Below are positions 47,279 through 54,526 of a stretch of DNA of 64,000 nt, piece after piece. The stretch is from contig DATBHS010000098.1 of assembly GCA_036557345.1 (NCBI GenBank), positions 8,605 through 72,604 on the forward strand. The letters run 5' to 3'. Source of the DNA: Bryobacteraceae bacterium. Its GTDB lineage: Bacteria > Acidobacteriota > Terriglobia > Bryobacterales > Bryobacteraceae. Positions within the stretch are counted from its first letter, which is position 1, and each line of letters opens with the position of its first letter. Position numbers and translations under genes: made by a program. Under the pieces are notes generated by a model, which had not been told where the DNA came from, did not search any database, and saw only the letters and a list, made by a program, of their open reading frames with translations.

Positions 47279-47809
47279 ATGGCTGAAGTAGAGGAAAAAA
47301 AGACGGAAGAACGCCGCAGTGACAGCCGGCCTCCTCGCGAGAATCGCGGCCCCGGAGGAAAGCCGAACGAGAGAGGGGAGCGTGGTTCGGGTGATCGCGG
47401 GTCCGACCGCGGCCGTGAGCGGGGCGGTCCGGGCGCAGGCCGGCCTGGCGAGCGCCGCGGCGAAGGACCGCCGGAAATCGACCTCGATAAGTTGGTCAGC
47501 GATAGTCTTTACCTGGACAACCAGGCACACGTCGTAGTCAGCCGGATGCGCGACATGGATTCGGGTACGAAGAGCCAGTTACGGCGGCTTTATAATGCCG
47601 TGCGCCGCGCAACGCGAGCTCCAGAAAATGAGCGGCAGCACGAGTTCGTCATGGTACGGGCGCGCCTTGCATACACAATCGCGCGCCATTCTCTGCGCAG
47701 CCTGGATGCACTCGAGCGATTGCTGCTGCAGGTTACCCGGAAGAATGATACCCGCGGATACGAGCGCTTCCGCGATTTATTTGAAGCAATTATTGCTTAC
47801 AACGAATAG
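47279..47809 (+). CDS. csm2: Cas11/Csm2-like small subunit with Arg/Gly-rich N-terminal extension
   Basis: 176 aa. The C-terminal approx 110 aa are helical with KSQLRRLYNAVRRA...RARLAYTIARH. Its position between cas10 and csm3 is the basis for the call. The first approx 66 aa are low complexity. Confidence 0.65.
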   Translation: MAEVEEKKTEERRSDSRPPRENRGPGGKPNERGERGSGDRGSDRGRERGGPGAGRPGERRGEGPPEIDLDKLVSDSLYLDNQAHVVVSRMRDMDSGTKSQLRRLYNAVRRATRAPENERQHEFVMVRARLAYTIARHSLRSLDALERLLLQVTRKNDTRGYERFRDLFEAIIAYNE

Positions 47810-47820
47810 GACATTGAAGC

Positions 47821-48654
47821 ATGAGTTCTCATACTCAAGAAACCGAGCTTACCTTTCTCGGCAAGCTGGTGCTCGAAGGCGAAATCCAATGCCAGACCGG
47901 TTTGCACATCGGCGCGGGTAAGGGCTCACTCGAAATCGGCGGCGCAGACAATCCGGTCGTAAAGGATGCCTTCGGGATTCCCTATATTCCGGGCAGTTCC
48001 TTGCGCGGCCGGCTTCGCTCGCTGCTCGAGCAGGCGCTCGGTCTTGCAGTTCCGAGTGAGTTGGTCTATCTTTCGAAGCGCAAGGGCCAAGAAGTTCGCA
48101 TTCACCAGAGCGATCGCCCCGATGACGAGGTCTGCATTCTCTTCGGGCGTAATCCCGGACGTGTGGAAAAGGTGAACGGCGATGCCATTGAAGCTCCGAC
48201 CGCAACACCCGCGCGTCTGACCGTGTATGATGCGCCTCTTCTTGTTGATAGCATCACAACCCAGATGCGCGAAAATCTGGACGACGAATTGACCGAGGTC
48301 AAGAGTGAAAATGCGGTCGATCGCATCACCTCGCAAGCGAATCCTCGAACCCTCGAGCGTGTGCCAGCCAGCGCACGCTTCCGGTTTCGCATGGTGCTCG
48401 ATGTGCTCTGTGCGGAAGACAAGCCGCTTCTCGCGCGCGTCGCAGAAGGTTTACGCCTGCTCGAAGATGATGCCCTCGGCGGTGGCGGCAGCCGCGGCAG
48501 CGGCCGTGTGAGTTTCACGGGCTTGACGCTCACTTGGCGCAGCAAGGATTATTACGCGAAAGGCACCCCCGAAAGCAACCTGCTCTCGGATGCCGGACTT
48601 CAGGCCTTACAGCAGCTTGCCAGTTCCGACGACTTCGCAGAGAAACTTGCCTAA
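47821..48654 (+). CDS. csm3: Type III RAMP protein Csm3 (Cas7)
   Basis: 277 aa. QTGLHIGAGKGSLEIGGADNPVVKDAFGIPYIPGSSLRGRLRSLLEQ and the G-rich loop LGGGGSRGSGRV. Confidence 0.9.
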   Translation: MSSHTQETELTFLGKLVLEGEIQCQTGLHIGAGKGSLEIGGADNPVVKDAFGIPYIPGSSLRGRLRSLLEQALGLAVPSELVYLSKRKGQEVRIHQSDRPDDEVCILFGRNPGRVEKVNGDAIEAPTATPARLTVYDAPLLVDSITTQMRENLDDELTEVKSENAVDRITSQANPRTLERVPASARFRFRMVLDVLCAEDKPLLARVAEGLRLLEDDALGGGGSRGSGRVSFTGLTLTWRSKDYYAKGTPESNLLSDAGLQALQQLASSDDFAEKLA

Positions 48655-49830
48655 ATGCAGCAGGCGCTTTTGATTCGACTCCGGCCTGCCGGTCCGTGGC
48701 GCTACGGTCCCGGGGATGGAGGCCAGGATCGTGTCGACACGCTGTACCGCAGTGATCGGCTCTACTCAGCGGTTACTGTGGCTATGCGCGACTTAGGCTT
48801 TTTGCAGGACTGGCTCAGCGCGACGGCTAAAGCGCCGCCGTCCATCGCATTCAGTTCCTTATTCCCATTTCAAGGCGACTCTTTATTTGCGATTCCGCCC
48901 GCCACTGCGTGGCCGCCTTTGCCCACGCTGGTGAGCACACCAAGCCCTGTGTTTTTAAGCAAGATCCGCTGGAAAGCTGCGCAGTTCGTTCCCGTCGCGC
49001 TGATTGACTCTTTGCTAACGGGACACTCCATTCTCGCAGATCAATGGCTTCCCGATCCCGAGAGCGGATGCTTGTTGCGGCGTGATCGCCCGAGCTCGAG
49101 CCCTTTCCGCATTACTACGCGGCGGGCTGCTGCCGTCGACCGCCTGGCCCAGAATTCGTTTGAGATCCGCTCGACCGCCTGTGTCGAGTTTGAAGCGGCG
49201 TCCGGCCTGTGGAGTGTTGTGCGTTTTTCCGATGAGTCGACTGAATCCGAGTGGACTGGCCGGATCCAGGCAGCTTTTCGCCTCCTCTCGGATACCGGGT
49301 TCGGCGGCCGGCGCACAAGCGGGTGGGGGCAGACGCAGCCGCCGGAGTTCCAACGGGCGCCATGGCCCGGTCTGCTATTCCCGAAGGTAGCCCAAAGTCT
49401 TGCGCAGCGGAACGGATTCGCGAACGGCAATCATGCCGGCTCGCAGTTTTGGCTGCTATCTCTGTACTCGCCCGCAACAAATGACGAGGTCGATTGGGCG
49501 AGCGGAGATTACCAGTTGACCCTGCGCGCAGGTGGAAACACGAAGCTGTTGCAAATGGTAGCGGAGGGCTCCGTCATGGCAGCCCGTTCGGAACCGGTGG
49601 GCACGATTATGGATATCGCGGCAGACGGGTTTTCTCATCCCGTTTATCGATCGGGAATCGCACTCGCGTTGGAACTGCCTGCTATCGAGCAACAGGGCTT
49701 GGAAGAACCGGTTGAACAGCCTTCGACCGAAGAGGCGGTCGACGCGCAGCCCTGCGAAGAGCCGCCATCATCGAGAACGGAAAGTCCGGGAACGGGAATT
49801 CCATCAGAGGAGCCAGTCGATGATTTTTAA
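48655..49830 (+). CDS. csm4: Type III RAMP protein Csm4 (Cas5)
   Basis: 391 aa. Motifs YRSDRLYSAVTVAM, SSLFPF and DTGFGGRRTSGWG. Starts at the nucleotide after the csm3 stop. Confidence 0.8.
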   Translation: MQQALLIRLRPAGPWRYGPGDGGQDRVDTLYRSDRLYSAVTVAMRDLGFLQDWLSATAKAPPSIAFSSLFPFQGDSLFAIPPATAWPPLPTLVSTPSPVFLSKIRWKAAQFVPVALIDSLLTGHSILADQWLPDPESGCLLRRDRPSSSPFRITTRRAAAVDRLAQNSFEIRSTACVEFEAASGLWSVVRFSDESTESEWTGRIQAAFRLLSDTGFGGRRTSGWGQTQPPEFQRAPWPGLLFPKVAQSLAQRNGFANGNHAGSQFWLLSLYSPATNDEVDWASGDYQLTLRAGGNTKLLQMVAEGSVMAARSEPVGTIMDIAADGFSHPVYRSGIALALELPAIEQQGLEEPVEQPSTEEAVDAQPCEEPPSSRTESPGTGIPSEEPVDDF

Positions 49831-50962
49831 ACTGACTGCGCTCACTCCGCTCCTGGTCGGCGATGGGCGTGAACTCGCACCTATCGATTACATGGTTTGG
49901 AAGGACCAGGTGAATGTCCTCGATCAGGCGCGCATCTTTAAGCTGCTGGCGCGGGGTCCGCGGCTGGACGGGTACCTGGCACAGCTACGCAAGGCCACAA
50001 AACTCGATTTCGCTTCTTGGGGCGGCTTTGCCCAAAACTTCTCGCAGCGGCGCATTCCCTTCGAGGATCCCAGCTCAACCGCAATTTGGAACGCAGCGCC
50101 TTCGGAGTCGCTCTTCATTCAGACTTTCGCGGCTAACCTGAACGGACCGTACCTGCCCGCTTCGGCTCTCAAGGGAGCGCTTCGCAGCGGGCTCATTTTC
50201 ACGCGCTGGTCCGCGGCCACGCTGGAGCGTGCGGCCTCTTCAATGGACGGCGAGCGCGTTGCCAGACGCATCGCCGAAACAGCCGAGGCGAATGCGGGTG
50301 CATCGCAGATGAAGATCGTGAGTATTGCGGACGGCCAGCCGGCGCCCGGCTCATCGTTCAAGGTCTATCTCACACGTGTGGCATCGCTCGATACACGGCA
50401 ACCTGGAAAACCGCAACTGACCTGGAAGGTGGCTGGACGCGGGAGCGTTCTTCCGCAGCGGGTCTCCGACGCAACGCCTATATTTGTGGAAATGGCAGCC
50501 CCCGGTACGACGTTTAGCGGTTCCTGGGAGGAACGGAGCTTCTTTGAAAATCAGGAGCTGTCACGCGCTCTTGGATGGCGCTCTATCCCCGAGCCGCGCA
50601 TGGTAACCGATGCTGCGAATCAATATGCGTCGGCTCAACTGAATGTGCATTCGCAGTTCGCCGATGCTTCCGGACTTGCCAGCCTTCAGAACGGCATTCA
50701 GAGATTGAAAAACGAACTGGACGCGGCACAGTCATCGCCGCTCACCTGCCTTTTGTCGCTCGGTTGGGGAGGTGGGTTCGTTTCGAAAAGCGCCTTCCTC
50801 GACACCAACCTGGACTCCTATCGTAAGCTTCTACGTTCGGTCCCCGCCTTAGGCAGGAGCATCAGGGAAAATGTACCATTTCCCAAAACCCGCCGCGTCA
50901 TTTTCACAGGCGGCCAACCCACCGCCCTTCCGGGGTGGGTCAAGGTCGAGCTTCAAAAGTAG
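49820..50962 (+). CDS. csm5: Type III RAMP protein Csm5 (Cas7 family)
   Basis: ATG at 49820 (MIFKLTALTPLLVGDG) overlaps the csm4 stop by 11 nt. Motifs PYLPASALKGALRS, LSLGWGGGF and FPKTRR. Confidence 0.85.
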   Translation: MIFKLTALTPLLVGDGRELAPIDYMVWKDQVNVLDQARIFKLLARGPRLDGYLAQLRKATKLDFASWGGFAQNFSQRRIPFEDPSSTAIWNAAPSESLFIQTFAANLNGPYLPASALKGALRSGLIFTRWSAATLERAASSMDGERVARRIAETAEANAGASQMKIVSIADGQPAPGSSFKVYLTRVASLDTRQPGKPQLTWKVAGRGSVLPQRVSDATPIFVEMAAPGTTFSGSWEERSFFENQELSRALGWRSIPEPRMVTDAANQYASAQLNVHSQFADASGLASLQNGIQRLKNELDAAQSSPLTCLLSLGWGGGFVSKSAFLDTNLDSYRKLLRSVPALGRSIRENVPFPKTRRVIFTGGQPTALPGWVKVELQK

Positions 50963-51120
50963 CCGTCCTGTAGGTACTATTTTCGGCATTTTCTTGGGTG
51001 AAGTGTAAGGGTTGGCAGTGGAATTGCCGATATTTCAGTATGATGGGAGAGTGCCGGTATCCGCAGGCCCATACGGCTGCTGATCGCCCGTCGTCCTCCG
51101 ATCTGGAGTAGACCTTAACA

Positions 51121-52026
51121 ATGCAGAGCGCGATCTACAATGCGTACTTTGGGTTTTCGGAAAACCCCTTTAATATCAGTCCCGATCCGGGATTTCTGTA
51201 TCGTAGCCCACAGCACGAAGAAGCTCTGGCCAATCTGATCTACGGTGTCCGTGGCCGCAAGGGATTCATCGTACTCAGCGGTGAAGTGGGTACCGGTAAG
51301 ACGACGATGTTGGAGTGTCTGCGGGACTATCTCGATAACCAGCGCATCGAATTTGCCTTCCTTTTCAATTCCCGGCTTACTCCCGAGCAGTTCTTCGACA
51401 TGGTCGCTTATGATTTCGATCTGCAGTGCGATCGAAAATCGAAGACGGACGTCCTGTTCGCTCTGAACGCCCTGCTTCTCCGGCAGGCGGAACGGGGCCG
51501 CACGTCCGTGCTGATTGTGGATGAGGCGCATAACCTCGACTGGGACGTCCTGGAGGAGATTCGTCTCCTCGGCAACTTGGAGAACCGCCAAGGCAAGCTC
51601 CTGCAAATTATTCTCGCCGGGCAGCCGGAACTCGACCGCAAGCTGGACGCACCGAACCTCCGGCAATTGAAGCAGCGGATTGTGCTCCGATGCACGCTGA
51701 ACCCGCTCACGCCGGAAGAGTGCGCGGCGTATGTCGAAAGCCGGCTTGCGCACGCCGGAATGACAAGACAAACGGTGTTTCCGCCGGAAGTGCTCGAGGA
51801 AGTGGCAACCCGCGCGCGGGGCATTCCCCGGCTGATCAATCTGCTCTGCGATAACCTTCTGGTCACCACCTTTGCGATGGAGCAGCGCACCGCAACTCTC
51901 GACATGCTCGATGAAGTGTGCCACGATCTCCGGCTTGAATGGCCCGGCAGCCATCGGGGCCGCGGTCGCCATCGTTACAGCGTGGATGACGAGCTTCCGA
52001 AGACTCCCTACGCTGTCGGGGACTAA
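51121..52026 (+). CDS. ExeA/AAA_22-type AAA+ ATPase (resembles PEP-CTERM-locus secretion ATPase family)
   Basis: 301 aa. FGFSENPFNISPDPGFLYRSPQHEEAL...FIVLSGEVGTGKTTML (Walker A), LIVDEAHNL (Walker B) and ILAGQPEL. Confidence 0.85.
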   Translation: MQSAIYNAYFGFSENPFNISPDPGFLYRSPQHEEALANLIYGVRGRKGFIVLSGEVGTGKTTMLECLRDYLDNQRIEFAFLFNSRLTPEQFFDMVAYDFDLQCDRKSKTDVLFALNALLLRQAERGRTSVLIVDEAHNLDWDVLEEIRLLGNLENRQGKLLQIILAGQPELDRKLDAPNLRQLKQRIVLRCTLNPLTPEECAAYVESRLAHAGMTRQTVFPPEVLEEVATRARGIPRLINLLCDNLLVTTFAMEQRTATLDMLDEVCHDLRLEWPGSHRGRGRHRYSVDDELPKTPYAVGD

Positions 52027-52040
52027 CATTCTCTTAGGGC

Positions 52041-52065
52041 GAGCGTAGCTAAACCGCTAACGCTC
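52041..52065 (+). terminator. Hairpin 15 nt after the ATPase stop
   Basis: GAGCGTAGC-TAAACC-GCT(A)ACGCTC is 9 bp with one bulge, followed by GAAGAATTTCG. The U-tract is weak. Confidence 0.35.
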
Positions 52066-52591
52066 GAAGAATTTCGCGCGCTATAGCGGCAAGAAGCCGT
52101 ATTTCGAGGTTTGACCGGATGATGCAAGTGCTCCAGAAATGCCGCCACTACTCGCGCATTGATTGAGAAGATATTTGTTCTGGATCCAGACGGAAAACAG
52201 GGATAGGAATAGAATTCCGGCTGTCTTCAGCTCACCGCCCTCAAGCTGACGAATGGGGAAGTGATCAGTCTGATTGAGGTGTGGCGGGAGCTTGCTGAGC
52301 CTGATTGCCAAAGGTCCATTCTCAGCGCACTGCTTAGTGGTATATAGAACAGGTCTTGAATCTGAGAAACCGGTCGGGGCTTCAGCAGCGCTAGCGAGAG
52401 CAGGATTCGAGCTTTCTGCGGATTCAGCTCATCGGCAGGGATTTTTCAGCGAGCGTGCCAAGGAACGGACCGGTTACTGCCGCGAGCCTCTTCATAGGTT
52501 ATGTCAGCAAACAAGCTGACAATCTCAACTGTGACGACAAACACCAGCACGGAAATGCTTTAGAGCTATTTGTCTTTGCTTGTTCACGTAA

Positions 52592-52849
52592 TGTTCAGCT
52601 CTGTTCATAGTCAGAATTCGTCAACGAAGTGTGATATCCTTCATACCGCTGGCTGTCATGGCTGCCATTGCAACGACCAAAATTGTGATGCTGCCAAACG
52701 TCGGGTTTTGGGCTGTGGCCCGTGACGCCCGCACGGATTATTTCACGCTGATGGGGCTACTGTTCGTGTTGGCGTCTGGCGCGAGGCCGCTTTCGTTCGA
52801 TTCCATCATCAACTGCACCCTGAGCACGAGCCATACACGTGGAAGATAA
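52592..52849 (+). pseudogene. C-terminal fragment of a DoxX-like membrane protein
   Basis: SFIPLAVMAAIATTKIVMLPNVGFWAVARDARTDYFTLMGLLFVLASGARPLSFD resembles only the last two helices of DoxX-family proteins. The frame is closed by TAA at 52589-52591 and no N-terminal half lies upstream. Confidence 0.45.
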
Positions 52850-53144
52850 AGACCTCTATTCAGGATTGATTCGGCTGCATGTATTGCACCATGCCTGCCA
52901 AGAAGAAGTGTTTGGACTTGACATGATCGAGGAACTTGCGCGCCATGGATATAAGTTGAGCCCTGGAACGATGTACCCCGTTTTGCATGGGCTCGAGAAG
53001 CGCGGCTACCTCAAGTCTGAGGAGTTTCGTTCCGGGAAGATCAGGCGCCGTTTGTACCGTGCCACGCCAGCGGGGCGGAAGGCGCTGAAAGCGGCCAAAC
53101 AGAAGGTCCGCGAATTGTTCGGCGAACTGATCCAAGGCAAATGA
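52839..53144 (+). CDS. PadR family transcriptional regulator
   Basis: 101 aa. LIRLHVLHHACQEEVFGLDMIEELARHGYKLSPGTMYPVLHGLEKRGYL. Confidence 0.9.
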   Translation: MEDKDLYSGLIRLHVLHHACQEEVFGLDMIEELARHGYKLSPGTMYPVLHGLEKRGYLKSEEFRSGKIRRRLYRATPAGRKALKAAKQKVRELFGELIQGK

Positions 53145-54523
53145 CGGCGAATCGGCGGAATTTGTCCCTTCTCGTCCTGTTCAGTCGCACCCTATTCGCC
53201 CAGCAATCAAATCAGACGTTGTTGAATATCGAGCAGGCGGTGAATCAGGCTGACCAGTTTCCTTCCATTGCTGCTGCGCAAGAACAAGTGAACGCTGCAG
53301 CCGCTGGCATCCGTCTCGCGCGAACCAATTACCTTCCTAGTCTGAACGCAATAGGGCAAGTGAATCGCGCGACGCGAAATAACGTGTTCGGGCTCCTTTT
53401 TCCACAGACGGTCATACCGAGCATGTCTGGCCCTGTATTAGGCACCAATGACGGAACCAGCGTGTGGGGTAGCGCTGCTGGTGTTCTTGTATCGTGGGAG
53501 CCCTTTGATTTCGGTCGCAGGCGCGCTTTAGTTCGGTCTGCTCAAGTCACTCAAGACCGGACTCAGCTTTCAGCCGAAAGAGCTCGATTTGAAATTCAGG
53601 CGAGCACTGCTGCCGCGTTCTTGACGCTTTTGGCAAGTGAAGAGACGGTGCGAGTTGCGCAAGCGTCAGTGGACAGGGCGCAGATTGTCGTCAAATCCGT
53701 TAAGGCGCTCGTTGACGCGAAGCTGCGTCCTGGAGCGGACTTGTCTCGGGCCGATATGGAACTCGATGCCGCAATGACACAGTTACTGCAGGCGCAGCAA
53801 TCAAGCGAAGTGGCGAGGACATCAGTTGCCGAGTTTACAGGAACGGACGCTAAGACGTTTGCAGCAGTTCCGGGTCACCTGCTGGAACGATTACCGGAGA
53901 CGACTGGCGAGGATGCGGCCGATCTGTCGAACAATCCTGCAGCCCGGGAACAGGCGGGTGCGATTGCGGAATCTAGATCGAAAGTAGACGTCTTGCAACA
54001 TACCTATCGTCCGACCTTCGAATTGCAGGCAGCAGGATACGGACGTGGGACCGGTGCTCTGACGAACGGGCAAACATTGGGTGGGACCGGCGGCCTTGTT
54101 CCGAATTATTTCAATGTCGGTATCGGGTTTACAGTCAACTTTCCTCTTTTGAGTTTGCCGTCGATTCACGCGCAAGAGGCACAGGCAGCAGCGGTGGAGC
54201 GGTCTGCTACCGCGACCTATAAACAAGTCTTGGCCGAACTCCAGGCCCAATCGAACGCTGCTCAAGCGACGCTGGGTCAGGCTCGTCGCATCGCGGCAGT
54301 AACACCGAAAGAAGTAGTGGACGCCCGAACTAGTTTCGCGCAGGCGAATGCTCAGTATCGGGCAGGACTCACGACCATTGTTGCCTTAGCCGAAGCGCAG
54401 AGAATGTTAGCTCAGGCAGAGATTGATGACTCGCTCGCCAAACTTGCGGTCTGGCGGGCCTGGTTGCAGCTCCAGACCGCCGAGGGAGATATCTCTTCTT
54501 TTCTGAAGGAAGCCAGCAGATAG
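53141..54523 (+). CDS. TolC-family outer membrane efflux protein
   Basis: 460 aa. Duplicated OEP repeat architecture. Overlaps the padR stop by 4 nt. Confidence 0.85.
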   Translation: MTANRRNLSLLVLFSRTLFAQQSNQTLLNIEQAVNQADQFPSIAAAQEQVNAAAAGIRLARTNYLPSLNAIGQVNRATRNNVFGLLFPQTVIPSMSGPVLGTNDGTSVWGSAAGVLVSWEPFDFGRRRALVRSAQVTQDRTQLSAERARFEIQASTAAAFLTLLASEETVRVAQASVDRAQIVVKSVKALVDAKLRPGADLSRADMELDAAMTQLLQAQQSSEVARTSVAEFTGTDAKTFAAVPGHLLERLPETTGEDAADLSNNPAAREQAGAIAESRSKVDVLQHTYRPTFELQAAGYGRGTGALTNGQTLGGTGGLVPNYFNVGIGFTVNFPLLSLPSIHAQEAQAAAVERSATATYKQVLAELQAQSNAAQATLGQARRIAAVTPKEVVDARTSFAQANAQYRAGLTTIVALAEAQRMLAQAEIDDSLAKLAVWRAWLQLQTAEGDISSFLKEASR

Positions 54524-54526
54524 AAC

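Noticed and set aside
50963-51120. The 158-nt csm5-ATPase spacer as a non-canonical guide RNA gene or a promoter.
   Set aside because: It has only a weak long-range TCGGCA/TGCCGA pairing. The -35/-10-like hexamers have wrong spacing (9 or 21 nt). Nothing is repeat-like.
51121-52026. AAA_22 ATPase as the TniB/TnsC of a CRISPR-associated transposon (a type III CAST).
   Set aside because: No TnsB/TniA DDE transposase, TniQ or transposon ends are visible on either side. The N-terminal motif is ExeA-like rather than TniB-like.
51115-52029. 304-aa ORF on the minus strand exactly mirroring the AAA+ ATPase gene. Similar long antisense ORFs lie at 47123-47530, 12725-13516, 891-1559, 20035-20589 and 36988-37566.
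   Set aside because: Their translations are Arg/Gly/Pro-rich with no motifs, and they fully overlap plus-strand genes that have clear family signatures. They are typical shadow ORFs of high-GC DNA.
45685-52065. The hairpins flanking the csm-ATPase block (45685-45709 TTAGCGT..ACGCTAA and 52041-52065 GAGCGTAGC..GCTAACGCTC) share a CGCTAAC-like core in inverted orientation, which could hint at terminal inverted repeats of a mobile unit.
   Set aside because: The shared core is only about 7 nt, which is expected by chance in 64 kb. There is no transposase, integrase or target-site duplication. They are better explained as independent terminator-like hairpins.
52081-52311. 76-aa minus-strand ORF in the decayed tract (open for about 110 codons) as a possible small accessory gene or transposase remnant.
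   Set aside because: It has no recognisable motif and odd composition, and no start context I can support. It is kept only as part of the scar-region finding.
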